A stretch of 64,000 nucleotides of DNA from an uncultured Pelagibacteraceae bacterium (GTDB lineage: Bacteria > Pseudomonadota > Alphaproteobacteria > Pelagibacterales > Pelagibacteraceae), in assembly GCA_902543245.1 (NCBI GenBank), contig CACBXQ010000007.1:161-64160 (forward strand), read 5' to 3'. Below are positions 39,247 through 50,212 of this stretch, piece by piece (the stretch's first letter is position 1; each line of letters opens with the position of its first letter). The position numbers and the translations under genes were made by a program. The notes under the pieces are model-generated. The model ran no database searches. It was given only the letters and a program-made list of their open reading frames with translations, and had not been told where the DNA came from.

Positions 39247-40778
39247 TTTTTTTCTATTTTTTTAAATAATATTTCAATTTTTTTTATTTTTGTTTTAGGA
39301 TTTAGAAAGTTATTATTTAGGATTGAGTTATACGTTAATTCTGTTTCTTTTACATTAAAAATACTTAAAACTTTTAATGCACTTTCTGGGATTACAGGAT
39401 ACAAAAGTATAGAAATTTTTCTAATTAATTCTAATGATACATATAAAATTGTATTTAGACGTTTTATATCATTCTTTTTGTTCCATGGCTCTTGGTCATT
39501 AAAATATTTATTTGCTGCGAATAACTGATTAATTACGAAATTTATATAATAATTAATATTTTGATTATCAATTGCATTTATCAAATTATAATAATTTTCA
39601 TCAAATTTATTCAAAATATTATGATCTTCATTTTCAAAATTCGCATTATTTGGAATTTCTAAATTTAAATTTTTATCTAAAAATGAAATAACTCGTTGAC
39701 ATAGGTTTCCATAATTATTTGCTAAATCGCTATTAATACACCTTTCTAACTGATCTCTTGAAATATTCCCATCATTTCCAAATGACACTTCTTTTATTAA
39801 ATAATATCTAAGTGGATCAAGTCCATACTCTTTGATTATATCTATAGGATCTAAAATATTACCTTTTGATTTAGACATTTTTTCATCACCAGATAGAATC
39901 CATCCGTGACCATAAATTTTCTTAGGTGGGTCAATCTTTGCTGCTAAGAGAAATGCAGGCCAAAAAACAGCATGAAATCTTAATATATCTTTACCTATTA
40001 AATGTAATGATGCTGGCCAAAAGTTCTTATATAACTTATTTTTAGTGTCTGGATAATTTAATGCACTTAAATAGTTTGTAAGTGCATCAAGCCAAACATA
40101 TATTGTATGATTTTCATTAGATGGTACTTTAATTCCCCATTTTAATGATTTGCGACTTATCGAAAGGTCTTTTAAACCACCTTTAACAAAACTTAAAACT
40201 TCATTTCTCCTAGCTTCAGGAAGTATGAAATTTGGATTTTTATTATAAAAATCTAATAATTTATTTTGCCATTTTGAAAGTCTAAAAAAATATGACTCTT
40301 CCTCAACCCATTCAACATTTGAACCTGAAGAGATTGCAACATTTTTTTCATCTTTAGTTTGAACTTCATCATCACTGTAAAAGGCCTCATCAGAAACAGA
40401 ATACCAGCCTGAATATTTTGATAAATATATTTCATCATTTTGCTCTAGTATTTTCCACAATGCTCTAACAGAATCGAAGTGTCTTTTCTCAGTTGTTCTA
40501 ATAAAATCATCATTAGTAAGATTTAGTGTTTTAGAAAGATTTTGGAAATTTTTACTTATCAGATCGCAGAAAGCTAATGGTTCCAAATTAGCATTTTCGG
40601 ATGCCTTTAGAATTTTTTGTCCATGTTCATCAGTTCCGGTCAGGAAGAATACATTATAACCGCAAATTCTTTTAAATCTGGCAAAAAAATCTGCAATAAT
40701 ACTCGAGTATGCGTGACCCATATGAGGTTTGGCAGATGGATAATATATTGGTGTTGTAATATAAAAATTTTTATCCAT
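39243..40778 (-). CDS. metG: Methionine--tRNA ligase
   Basis: TTPIYY..PHMGH, GTDEHG, YVWLDAL, GKDILRFH and KMSKS motifs. Confidence 0.98.
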   Translation of the reverse strand: MDKNFYITTPIYYPSAKPHMGHAYSSIIADFFARFKRICGYNVFFLTGTDEHGQKILKASENANLEPLAFCDLISKNFQNLSKTLNLTNDDFIRTTEKRHFDSVRALWKILEQNDEIYLSKYSGWYSVSDEAFYSDDEVQTKDEKNVAISSGSNVEWVEEESYFFRLSKWQNKLLDFYNKNPNFILPEARRNEVLSFVKGGLKDLSISRKSLKWGIKVPSNENHTIYVWLDALTNYLSALNYPDTKNKLYKNFWPASLHLIGKDILRFHAVFWPAFLLAAKIDPPKKIYGHGWILSGDEKMSKSKGNILDPIDIIKEYGLDPLRYYLIKEVSFGNDGNISRDQLERCINSDLANNYGNLCQRVISFLDKNLNLEIPNNANFENEDHNILNKFDENYYNLINAIDNQNINYYINFVINQLFAANKYFNDQEPWNKKNDIKRLNTILYVSLELIRKISILLYPVIPESALKVLSIFNVKETELTYNSILNNNFLNPKTKIKKIEILFKKIEKK

Positions 40779-41700
40779 TAAGTATATTATTTTTGTAATT
40801 TAGATAAAGTGACTCTTGATCTAAATTAAATAAAGTTGTTTGGTTACTTGAATAAATAAATTGGTCATATAATTTAAAATATTTATTTTTTTTCTCATCT
40901 ATGGCCAATTTTAATAAATATTTTTCTAAAAATGAGTTAAAATTTGTTTTCATAAAATTATTTTTTAAATATAATTTTTTATCTATAATTAAAATTATAA
41001 ATTCAGTAATACTAATGGTTTTTAAATTTAAATCGTTAGTTTTTGAAAAATCTAATAAATTAATTATCTGTCCTGGTGTATTATAATGTGAAATCAGATC
41101 AGGACTTATATATTTATATATATCATCATTTAAAATTTTATTTGTTGTAGAAATTGCGTTATTAAAATCTAATTTTAGATGAAACTCGATGCATCTAGAC
41201 TGAATAGTTTTCAAATTTTTTTTTCTTGAATTCTGCAAAATTAAAAATATTGTTTTTGTACTTGGTTCTTCTAATATTTTTAATATAGCATTAGACGAGC
41301 TTTTATTAAGAAATTCTGATTTGTTTATAAGAATAATTTTATACTGATTATTAAAAGATGATTTGTTGACAAATTTTGTCATTTCTCGTATTTGCTCAAT
41401 CGAGATTGAACTTTTACCATCATCGAGGTTAATTAAGTATAAATTTGGGTGTGAATTATTTAGTACTAATTTATATGATCTGTTCATTTCATTAATTTCA
41501 TAATTTTTAATATCGTATGGTTCTTCTTCGTTCAAACTAAATGAATAATTTATAAAATGAGTTGCAAAAGTTCTTTTCCCAATACCATCCATGCCATCTA
41601 TTATTATTGAATTAGGTATTTCTGATTTCTTGACCAGATTGCATAAGGATAAAAAATCATTGTGAAAATTGTATAATTTAAGGTTTTGATGATGATCCAT
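40771..41700 (-). CDS. holB: DNA polymerase III delta' subunit
   Basis: G..GIGK, SHPNL, ISIEQIR, NAILKILEEP and TIQSRC motifs; tmk-holB-metG synteny. Confidence 0.92.
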   Translation of the reverse strand: MDHHQNLKLYNFHNDFLSLCNLVKKSEIPNSIIIDGMDGIGKRTFATHFINYSFSLNEEEPYDIKNYEINEMNRSYKLVLNNSHPNLYLINLDDGKSSISIEQIREMTKFVNKSSFNNQYKIILINKSEFLNKSSSNAILKILEEPSTKTIFLILQNSRKKNLKTIQSRCIEFHLKLDFNNAISTTNKILNDDIYKYISPDLISHYNTPGQIINLLDFSKTNDLNLKTISITEFIILIIDKKLYLKNNFMKTNFNSFLEKYLLKLAIDEKKNKYFKLYDQFIYSSNQTTLFNLDQESLYLNYKNNILNG

Positions 41701-41707
41701 TATTTTT

Positions 41708-42331
41708 TCAAATTTTTTTTAATATAGAGTTAATTTTTTTAATTATAATATAATTATTTTTTATTATATCGTCATTTGAATTAATGATTATAAATTTACT
41801 GTTTCTTTTTTTTGCAATCTTAAGATATCCATTTTGAATTTTTTGATAAAATGATAACTTAAATTTATCATATCTATTAGAACTTTTTCTAATATTTAGT
41901 CTTTCTTTTAAATTTTTCTTGTTCACTAATAATAAAAAAGTTAAAGCTATTTTCTTCTCTTTAATAATTAATTTATTGAGCATATTAATTAAATTTGCAT
42001 TAATCCCCATGCCAAAATGTTGATAAGCTAAAGTTGAATGAATAAATCTATCTATTAAAATTATTTTAACACTTTTATATTTATTTAACATTTGAATATT
42101 TTCATTTCTTGAGGACAGATACAAAAGCAAGTCTGTAAATTTATTAAAATTATTCTTATTATTTAAAATTAATTTTCTAATTTTTTCTGAATTTTTTGAT
42201 CCACCTGGCTCTCTAAAACTCAGAAATTTAATTTTTTTCTTTTTTAAGTATTGTTCAACCTTTTTAATATGGGTCGTTTTGCCTGAGCCATCAATTCCTT
42301 CAAATGTAATAATTTTTGATTTAAACATCAC
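41708..42331 (-). CDS. tmk: Thymidylate kinase
   Basis: FEGIDGSGKTT, REPGG and DRF..ST.AYQ motifs; the start may be the ATG at 42328. Confidence 0.96.
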   Translation of the reverse strand: MMFKSKIITFEGIDGSGKTTHIKKVEQYLKKKKIKFLSFREPGGSKNSEKIRKLILNNKNNFNKFTDLLLYLSSRNENIQMLNKYKSVKIILIDRFIHSTLAYQHFGMGINANLINMLNKLIIKEKKIALTFLLLVNKKNLKERLNIRKSSNRYDKFKLSFYQKIQNGYLKIAKKRNSKFIIINSNDDIIKNNYIIIKKINSILKKI

Positions 42332-43475
42332 CCCAAACTAAATAGTTTAGTGAAGTAAAAATTCTTGAAATAATATTTTCTTTTTTAACATTTTCAGATG
42401 AATAAAGATCGTATTCACTATGAATTTCATCCTTAAAATAAATTTTAAGTTTCGCAACCTTTTGATTTTTTTTAATTGGCGCTAATATTGGACCATTATA
42501 TTCAATTACAGTTTTAATATATTTTTTTTTTGCTTTTGGTATTGTTATATAAATATCTTTATTTGTTACAACATTCACTTTGTCAGACTTTCCCATCCAC
42601 ACATTTAATTGATCAATATTTTTTTTTTTTTTTGAAATTTCAATTGTATCAAAATTTGTTAAACCCCAAATCAAAAGTTTTGATGATTCTTTAGATCTAC
42701 TATTTTTTGTTTTAAAGCCACTTCCAACAGCGATTAATCTTCTGTTATTTTTAAAAATTGAGGAAGCCAATGAGTATTTTTCAACAGCTAAATATCCGGT
42801 CTTTACACCATCAGCTCCAATATTCTTATATAGGAGTGGGTTCCGATTACCTTGAGTTATTGGGTCACCACCAGTTCGATCCCAAGTAAATTTTTTTTCA
42901 GCAAAATATGTGTAATAGTCTGGATAATTTTTAATTAAGTAATTAGACATTATCATTATATCCCTAACTGTAGAATAATTGTCTGGATCATTTATTCCTG
43001 ATGAATTTGAAAAGTTAGTGTTATTCATTCCAATTTCTTTAGCTTTTTCAGTCATCATTATAGCAAATTCCTCTTCAGACCCTGCAATACCCTCGGCTAG
43101 TGCTACGCATGCATCATTACCTGATACAACAATTATCCCTCGCAAAAGATCTTCAACTGAAACCTCATCCCCTACCATAATAAACATTGATGAATAACCA
43201 CTTTTAGATAATCTCCATGCATTTTCTGATATAAGAAAATTATCATTTAAATTTAGTTCATTATTTTTTAATAGGTCAAACGCAATTATTGAGGTCATTA
43301 TTTTTGTCATAGAAGCTGGATAAATCGAATGATCAGCATTTTTTTCAAAAAGTATTTTTCCAGATAAGAAATCTTGAAGTATCACTCTTGGAGCATTAAT
43401 ATCGAACTTAGCAACTACTGCATTTGTAAAAAATATAAATAATAAGAAAGTTTTTAATAATAGTTTAATATACAT
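42321..43475 (-). CDS. dacA: D-alanyl-D-alanine carboxypeptidase (PBP5 family)
   Basis: SMTK (SxxK), SGN and KTG motifs. Confidence 0.95.
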   Translation of the reverse strand: MYIKLLLKTFLLFIFFTNAVVAKFDINAPRVILQDFLSGKILFEKNADHSIYPASMTKIMTSIIAFDLLKNNELNLNDNFLISENAWRLSKSGYSSMFIMVGDEVSVEDLLRGIIVVSGNDACVALAEGIAGSEEEFAIMMTEKAKEIGMNNTNFSNSSGINDPDNYSTVRDIMIMSNYLIKNYPDYYTYFAEKKFTWDRTGGDPITQGNRNPLLYKNIGADGVKTGYLAVEKYSLASSIFKNNRRLIAVGSGFKTKNSRSKESSKLLIWGLTNFDTIEISKKKKNIDQLNVWMGKSDKVNVVTNKDIYITIPKAKKKYIKTVIEYNGPILAPIKKNQKVAKLKIYFKDEIHSEYDLYSSENVKKENIISRIFTSLNYLVWGDV

Positions 43476-43476
43476 A

Positions 43477-44238
43477 TCAATTTTTAATAATTTCTAAATT
43501 TTCAAAGTTTAAAATTTTTAACTCATTAAAGCTGCTTTTTAAAGAATTTAAATTTTTAAATGGGCCAATGTTAACTCTATATTGATTATCGGTAATTTTT
43601 TTTACATTAATATTTTGAATATTGGTATTTTCCCTAATCCTAGAAACCATTCCTTTAGCTGATTCCTTAAAGTAAAAATCAGCAATAAATATAGAATAAT
43701 TGAAGGTTAATTTTTTTGTTTCGTTATCAGTAACTTTTATTAAAGACAAATCTTTTATTTTTATTTTCTCAACTGGGACCTTAGTAGCAACATTTTTTTC
43801 TTCCTCAAAAGTTTTAGTAGTACTAGCAATAAATGAGTTGCTATAATTAATTTTTTTAATTTCAACGTATGGGTCATTGAGATCCAAATCCAACATATTT
43901 GAAATTCTTGGTGATATAACCGAATTATAAAAGTGTGGATACTTAGATTTAAGGCCAACAATAGCTATCACCGATTTTTGGTTTTTAATATTTGTGACTA
44001 AAACTTTAGTATTTTTTTTAAGTTTATGTTGAAATATTATTAAATCCTCACTTTTCATTTTTTTATTAATTAAGTTTTTCTCTATAAGGTCATCATCATA
44101 TATTAAAGCAAAACCTTTATTAACAAATATTACTTCACTTTTGTTACTATATTTAATTTTTTTATTAGAAATATTTGTTTCACAAGAAAATAATAAAAAT
44201 GTAAAAAAAATTAATAAATATTTACATTTCATTTTCAA
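43477..44238 (-). CDS. RlpA-like lipoprotein with C-terminal SPOR domain
   Basis: Lipobox LFSC, degenerate DPBB (V.VTN..N.KSV), SPOR-like YRVNIGPF; located between mltB and dacA. Confidence 0.75.
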   Translation of the reverse strand: MKMKCKYLLIFFTFLLFSCETNISNKKIKYSNKSEVIFVNKGFALIYDDDLIEKNLINKKMKSEDLIIFQHKLKKNTKVLVTNIKNQKSVIAIVGLKSKYPHFYNSVISPRISNMLDLDLNDPYVEIKKINYSNSFIASTTKTFEEEKNVATKVPVEKIKIKDLSLIKVTDNETKKLTFNYSIFIADFYFKESAKGMVSRIRENTNIQNINVKKITDNQYRVNIGPFKNLNSLKSSFNELKILNFENLEIIKN

Positions 44239-45220
44239 ATTTATCCTTCAGGGTACATACAGCAAGAGCAAATCTTAATGATCTATTCCATTGTAAAATA
44301 ATTTCATAATTTTTGAAAATTAAATATGCTGGGTTTAGCGTTTGATTTTCAGGAATTATGTCTATGTCTGGTGTAATTATTGAAACAATTGTATCGTCCG
44401 ATATCTCTAAATTTAATGGTGTTTTAATAAATTTTTTATAATCTTTAAATTTTTTTTTATGTTTAATTTTTTTTGCAGATGTATTTAAAATATTTTTTGG
44501 CGTATTTTCTTCTAAACTAATTTTATAAAAACAATGTTCATTTCTTTTCCAACCAATTCTATTTAAATAATTAGCAGCAGAAGCAAATGAGTCTTCAGGA
44601 TTTTTTAGTTCAATTATTTTGTTATTATTGTAATCAACAGCGTAATTTTTTATGGTAGAAGGCATGAATTGAAAGTTACCAAATGCACCTGCCCAAGAAC
44701 CATAAAGGATTTTTGGATTAATGACATTATCATCGATTAGTTTAAGAATAATTAAAAGTTCTTTAGTAAAAAATTCAGATCTTCTTTTATCATAACTTAA
44801 AGTAGCTAATGATGATATGATATCCATTTTACCCAAATATTTGCCAAAATTAGTTTCAATACCCATTAGTGCTAAAAGTAACTCTTTTTCAACATTGTAT
44901 TTTTTTTCAACTTTAGTAATTATATTTGAATGTTTTTTATATAGTATAATGCCATTTAATACTTTTTTATTAGATGATCTCTTTTTTATATATGTTTTTG
45001 TATCTTCATAAAATTCTGGTTGATATCTGTCGTATTCAATAATTTTTGGAAGAAATATAGCATTGGACATTACTTTATTAACAGTACTTTCAGTAATACC
45101 ACTTTCTATAGCAGTAATCTTAAAATTAGATAACCATAAGTCAAAATCTTCAGATCTTACTTGAGAATTTGATAAAATTAAGAAAAATAAAAATATAAGA
45201 AAAATATTATTTTTTTTCAT
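44222..45220 (-). CDS. mltB: Lytic murein transglycosylase B family
   Basis: DRYQPEF, GIETNFG, GSWAGAFGNFQFMPS and WNRS motifs. Confidence 0.92.
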   Translation of the reverse strand: MKKNNIFLIFLFFLILSNSQVRSEDFDLWLSNFKITAIESGITESTVNKVMSNAIFLPKIIEYDRYQPEFYEDTKTYIKKRSSNKKVLNGIILYKKHSNIITKVEKKYNVEKELLLALMGIETNFGKYLGKMDIISSLATLSYDKRRSEFFTKELLIILKLIDDNVINPKILYGSWAGAFGNFQFMPSTIKNYAVDYNNNKIIELKNPEDSFASAANYLNRIGWKRNEHCFYKISLEENTPKNILNTSAKKIKHKKKFKDYKKFIKTPLNLEISDDTIVSIITPDIDIIPENQTLNPAYLIFKNYEIILQWNRSLRFALAVCTLKDKFENEM

Positions 45221-46088
45221 AGATGTCTTTCAAATATATAATTACAGCAATCCAAATAAAAGAAAAACTAATAAAATTTGTCATTGAAAATGCCTCATTA
45301 AAATAAAAAAAACCTAGTAAAAATTGACATGTAGGAGTGATAAAAAAAATCATTCCTGTGGGTCCCAAACCACTTAATTCAAAACCTTTGATATATAAAA
45401 ATAATGGAATTACTGTCATTGGACCTGCCAACATTAGTAAACCCATTAAGTTTAGATTCGATATTGAAAAATCATTAAAACCATTTTTATAAATAAAATA
45501 AAAGATAATAATAGCAAATGGTAAAATAAAAAAACTTTCTATTAATAATCCTATTTCTGTATCTACACTTATTTTTTTTCTTAATAAATTATATAAACTC
45601 CAAACTATAGATAAAAATATACCTATTAATGGAACTGATTTAAAGTCAACAATTAACAAATATAATATTGTAACTACAACGATTGATATAGATAAAAGTC
45701 TTTTTTTGTTAATAATCTCTTTAAAAAAAATAAAACCAAATAACACATTTATTATTGGCATTATAAAGTACCCAAAGCTTGCATCAATAACTTTATCGGT
45801 AGATACAGCATATATCCATCCGCTCCAATTACTAAAGATAAGAATGCCAGTGAGAAATAATATAAATAATTTTTTTTTTGATTTTATTGTATAAGTAAAA
45901 ATAGACCATTTATTATAATAGGCAGTAGTTAAAATTAAGACTAGTGATGTCCAAATACATCTATGTATTACAAGTTCAATATGTCCAATATAAGAAAAGT
46001 GATGAAAATAAATAGTACCAATTATTCCCCACCAAAAAGAACCTATTGATGCTAAGATGATACCTTTACTAAATACTGATATGTTCAT
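45207..46088 (-). CDS. rarD: RarD-family EamA transporter
   Basis: WWG, HRCIW, NW..WIYAV...V.DASFGYFI.P and Y.LLRKK motifs. Confidence 0.88.
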   Translation of the reverse strand: MNISVFSKGIILASIGSFWWGIIGTIYFHHFSYIGHIELVIHRCIWTSLVLILTTAYYNKWSIFTYTIKSKKKLFILFLTGILIFSNWSGWIYAVSTDKVIDASFGYFIMPIINVLFGFIFFKEIINKKRLLSISIVVVTILYLLIVDFKSVPLIGIFLSIVWSLYNLLRKKISVDTEIGLLIESFFILPFAIIIFYFIYKNGFNDFSISNLNLMGLLMLAGPMTVIPLFLYIKGFELSGLGPTGMIFFITPTCQFLLGFFYFNEAFSMTNFISFSFIWIAVIIYLKDIYEKK

Positions 46089-46181
46089 ATTAAGTTTATT
46101 TAATTATTTAAATCAAAATTAAATGAAATATATCTATTTTATTCTTGAAAACACCAATAATAGTTATAAAAAAGTCACTTA

Positions 46182-46271
46182 GGAGAGATGGCTGAGCGGT
46201 TGAAAGCACCGGTCTTGAAAACCGGCAAAGGGGCAACTCTTTCCTGGGTTCGAATCCCAGTCTCTCCGCCA
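46182..46271 (+). tRNA. tRNA-Ser (TGA)
   Basis: GGAGAGATGGCTGAGCGGTTGAAAGCACCGGTCTTGAAAACCGG...GGTTCGAATCCCAGTCTCTCCGCCA, long variable arm. Confidence 0.97.
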
Positions 46272-46280
46272 CAAGTTTTC

Positions 46281-46535
46281 TTAAAGATTATATTTTTTAA
46301 TAAATTTATAAATTTCTGTTTCTTTGCCCTGATTGCTATTAATATTTTTAAATACTCTAACAAAACTTTCATCATCTAAATTTATTATTTTATCTAATAA
46401 AACTAGCTCATCATAGGAAAGGTCATTTATTATTTTTTTAACATATGATGAAACCATTATATCCATTTCTTTTGTTCCTCTGTAGGATGACCTATAAACA
46501 ATTTTATTTTTAAGATCTTCTTTATTTAATGACAT
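46281..46535 (-). CDS. sdhE: Succinate dehydrogenase flavinylation factor SdhE/SDHAF2
   Basis: YRS.YRGTKEMD motif; divergent from recG. Confidence 0.9.
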   Translation of the reverse strand: MSLNKEDLKNKIVYRSSYRGTKEMDIMVSSYVKKIINDLSYDELVLLDKIINLDDESFVRVFKNINSNQGKETEIYKFIKKYNL

Positions 46536-46556
46536 AAAAATTATATTTATATAATT

Positions 46557-48596
46557 ATGAGTAATTTTAAATACTTATTATCTGACATTAAAATTATTGA
46601 TAGAATTGGTCCGAAAACCTCAAAAATATTAAAAAAAAAAGGAATAAACTCAGTATTTGATCTACTGTTAAAAAAACCAATTGATAAGATTGACAGAAGC
46701 AATGTTACAAAAATCAAAGATCTTAAAATAAACGAAATTCAAACATTAATTGTTAATGTAAAAAAATATAATTTTCCAAGAGTGAGAAACTTGCCCAATA
46801 GGGTCAATTGTAATGATGAAACAGGGGTAATTGATTGTATATTTTTTAATAGTTATGAAGGATATATAAAGAAATTACTTCCGTTGGATACCACAGTTAC
46901 AATTAGTGGTAAGATAAATTATTACAAAGGAAAATATCAAATAACTAACCCTACTCATGTATCTACCGATAAGAATAAAATTTTAAAAATTCAGTCAAAA
47001 TATAACCTTACGGATGGAATTAATGGGAAAAAATATAATTATTTAATAGACCAGGCTCTTAAAAATTTACCTGATTTAACTGAATGGCACTCAGCGAAAA
47101 TAATAGAAAAATTTGAGAATATTACTTGGAAGGATTCTATAATTCAATTGCACAATCCCAAAAAAAATAATCAAGAGTCAAAATACATGGATAGATTAAT
47201 TTTTGATGAAATTTTTGCAACTCTGCTAACAAAATCTAAAACTAGACTTAAACTTAAGAAAATTAAAAAGAATATCAAAATATTTGAAAGTTTGAGCACC
47301 AAGCATATTAACAATATGACTAATTTAATACTAACTAATGATCAGATAGTATCTCTTAATCAAATTGAATCAGATTTGAAATCAGATCGCAAAATGTTTA
47401 GATTACTACAAGGTGATGTAGGAAGTGGAAAAACTATTGTAGCATTATTATCAGCATTAAACGTTGTAAGAAGTGGATATCAAGTTAGTTTCATGGCGCC
47501 TACAGAAATTTTAGCACAACAGCATTATAATTTATGTAAATCTTTATTTAAAAATAAATTATATATTGAAATACTAACTGGAAAAACCCATTACAAAGAT
47601 AGAAAAAAAATCCTAAGTAATTTAGCTAATAATAAAATAAATATTCTTTTTGGTACACATTCTTTGTTTCAGGAAAAAGTTGAGTATAAAAAATTAGGTT
47701 TAATTATAATTGATGAGCAGCACAAGTTTGGTGTTAAACAAAGAAAAGCCTTATCAGACAAAGGAGGAAAGAATTGTGATATATTAGTAATGTCTGCAAC
47801 ACCAATACCTCGAACTATGATAATGACAATTTTTGGTGATATGGACACTTCAATTATTAAGGAAAAACCTAAAAATAGAAAATCAATATTAACATATAGT
47901 AAATCAAATAATAAAATTGATGAAGTAATTTCTTTTATTAAAAAACAAATAGTAGATAAAAATCAAATTTTTTGGGTTTGTCCGTTAATTGAAGAGTCTA
48001 AAAAAGTAGATCATCAATCATCAATAGAAAGATATAAGAATTTAAAAAGTATATTTGGAACCAAAATAGGTTTACTACATGGATTAATTTCTAGTGAAGA
48101 AAAAACTGAAATACTAAATAAATTTCTAAAAAAAGAAATTGATATATTGGTTTCTACTACAGTAATAGAAGTTGGCATAGATTTTCCAAATGCTACAACA
48201 ATAGTAATAGAAAATTCAAACAAATTTGGTTTATCGCAATTACACCAACTTAGAGGGCGTGTAGGTAGAGGAAAAAAACAGTCTTATTGCATACTTCTTT
48301 TTAAAAATTCACTAAGTGAAAATGCAAAAAAAAGAATAAAAATATTAAAATCTACCGATGATGGTTTTAAGATCTCAGAAGATGATATGAAGTTAAGAGG
48401 TTATGGTGATTTACTAGGATTTAAACAAAGCGGCATGCAAACTTTTAGATTAGCGGACCCAATACAAAATGAAGATCTTTTTCTTTTGGCAGAAAAAGAA
48501 ATTAAAAACATAGAATTAAACAATTACGATATAAGTAAATATAATCATTTATTAAAACTTTATGATAGAGCTGATGTTATAGTTGATGATTTTTAG
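46557..48596 (+). CDS. recG: ATP-dependent DNA helicase RecG
   Basis: QGDVGSGKT, DEQH, SATPIPRT and HQLRGRVGRG motifs. Confidence 0.97.
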   Translation: MSNFKYLLSDIKIIDRIGPKTSKILKKKGINSVFDLLLKKPIDKIDRSNVTKIKDLKINEIQTLIVNVKKYNFPRVRNLPNRVNCNDETGVIDCIFFNSYEGYIKKLLPLDTTVTISGKINYYKGKYQITNPTHVSTDKNKILKIQSKYNLTDGINGKKYNYLIDQALKNLPDLTEWHSAKIIEKFENITWKDSIIQLHNPKKNNQESKYMDRLIFDEIFATLLTKSKTRLKLKKIKKNIKIFESLSTKHINNMTNLILTNDQIVSLNQIESDLKSDRKMFRLLQGDVGSGKTIVALLSALNVVRSGYQVSFMAPTEILAQQHYNLCKSLFKNKLYIEILTGKTHYKDRKKILSNLANNKINILFGTHSLFQEKVEYKKLGLIIIDEQHKFGVKQRKALSDKGGKNCDILVMSATPIPRTMIMTIFGDMDTSIIKEKPKNRKSILTYSKSNNKIDEVISFIKKQIVDKNQIFWVCPLIEESKKVDHQSSIERYKNLKSIFGTKIGLLHGLISSEEKTEILNKFLKKEIDILVSTTVIEVGIDFPNATTIVIENSNKFGLSQLHQLRGRVGRGKKQSYCILLFKNSLSENAKKRIKILKSTDDGFKISEDDMKLRGYGDLLGFKQSGMQTFRLADPIQNEDLFLLAEKEIKNIELNNYDISKYNHLLKLYDRADVIVDDF

Positions 48597-49207
48597 CCTT
48601 TCGGATTTGTTGTACCTGCCGATACAATAAATTTAGAAGCTTCCTCAAAACTAATATCTAGATAAATAACATCTTCTTTTGGAAACATCAGTAAAAATCC
48701 ACTTGTAGGGTTTGGCGTTGTTGGAACAAAAACATTTATTAATTCTTTGCCAGTTTTTTTTTTAATTGTTCCAGTGTTTTCTTTTGTAGCAAAACCAATT
48801 GCATAGGTTCCTTTTTTTGGGTATTCAATCAATACTACACTTTTTTTATTATCTTTACTTTTAGTAAAAGTTTCAATCATTTGAACAACAGCAGAATAAA
48901 TTGTTCTTAGAACAGGAATTCTTTTAAAAAGATCATTTATTAATTGCAATAGTTTCTTACCGATAAAAGAAAGTGACAAACCACCTATTATAGTAATAAA
49001 TATGAAAGCTATTAAAATCTCCACACCTGGAATGTTATATGGTAAATAATAATTCGGGTTAATCTCATCAGGTAATAATTTTGCAGACAGATTAACGATA
49101 AAAATAACTAAGTATACTGATATTGCTATTGGTATTAGAACTACAACCCCAGTTAAAAAATAATTTCTTATTTTTAAAAAAAACGAATTTTTTCTTTTTT
49201 TAGTCAT
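48593..49207 (-). CDS. DUF502 family membrane protein
   Basis: FL.G.VV..P, RIP..R.IY and VFVPTTPNPTSG motifs. Confidence 0.92.
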   Translation of the reverse strand: MTKKRKNSFFLKIRNYFLTGVVVLIPIAISVYLVIFIVNLSAKLLPDEINPNYYLPYNIPGVEILIAFIFITIIGGLSLSFIGKKLLQLINDLFKRIPVLRTIYSAVVQMIETFTKSKDNKKSVVLIEYPKKGTYAIGFATKENTGTIKKKTGKELINVFVPTTPNPTSGFLLMFPKEDVIYLDISFEEASKFIVSAGTTNPKG

Positions 49208-49248
49208 TTTGATTAAATATAATAAACTATTAACAAAAAATTTAAATT

Positions 49249-50076
49249 ATGAATAGAAGAAAATTTCTTGAATATATTGGTTGCGGTTGTTGTTCTTTGA
49301 TAATGCCTGCATGTACAACGACACCAATTACTGAAAGAAAACAACTTAAATTAATTTCTGAGGCTAAGCTGAATGCCCAAGCAGCAAAGATTTATGAGAA
49401 AGTTAAGCAAAAAGAAAAAATGAGTGATGATTTAACAAATTTAAACCTAATTAAGGAAATTGGTCTTAAGATGCAAGAATCTATTTCTGAATATTTTTAT
49501 CAATCTAATCAACCAGACCCAACTTCCAATTTTGACTGGGAATATATTTTGATAGATAAAAAAAATGTTAAAAATGCATGGTGTATGCCTGGTGGTAAGA
49601 TTGCAGTTTATTCAGGATTATTAGAGGTTACCAAAAATACTAATGGATTAGCTGCAGTTATGGGGCACGAAATAGCTCACGCTGTAGCTAAACATTCAAG
49701 TGAAAGAGCAAGTAGAAATATTGCAACAAATACTGTTCTACAAATAGGTGATATTCTTTCTGGAGGAAAAATATCAGGTGTTAATAGAACTGTGGGTACA
49801 GATGTAGTAGGACTAATTACACAAATGGGTATACTAAATCCTTTTAATAGAAAACAAGAAAGTGAGGCTGACTACTTAGGTTTAATTTTTTCATCATTAT
49901 CTGGTTATGATATTAGAGAAACAACTAAATTGTGGGAAAGAATGAAGGAGGTGAATAAAGGAAAGACACCACCACAATTTTTAAGTACTCACCCATCGCC
50001 TGACAATAGAATTCGTAGTATTAATGAATGGATTAATGAGGTTACTATTAAGTATCCTCCAATTAGCATATCATAA
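49249..50076 (+). CDS. M48-family zinc metallopeptidase
   Basis: NAWCMPGG, HEIAH, ESEAD and FLSTHP motifs. Confidence 0.93.
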   Translation: MNRRKFLEYIGCGCCSLIMPACTTTPITERKQLKLISEAKLNAQAAKIYEKVKQKEKMSDDLTNLNLIKEIGLKMQESISEYFYQSNQPDPTSNFDWEYILIDKKNVKNAWCMPGGKIAVYSGLLEVTKNTNGLAAVMGHEIAHAVAKHSSERASRNIATNTVLQIGDILSGGKISGVNRTVGTDVVGLITQMGILNPFNRKQESEADYLGLIFSSLSGYDIRETTKLWERMKEVNKGKTPPQFLSTHPSPDNRIRSINEWINEVTIKYPPISIS

Positions 50077-50087
50077 AACTAATTTAA

Positions 50088-50163
<76 letters not shown>

Positions 50164-50212
50164 ACAAAAAATTTTTATATTCTTTTTTTTAAAATAATCA
50201 ACTTTTAAAATA

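Noticed and set aside
46175-46379. ORFs 46175..46375 (-) and 46188..46379 (+), and the 5' extension of 35086..35415
   Set aside because: They are translations through tRNA-Ser and tRNA-Pro.
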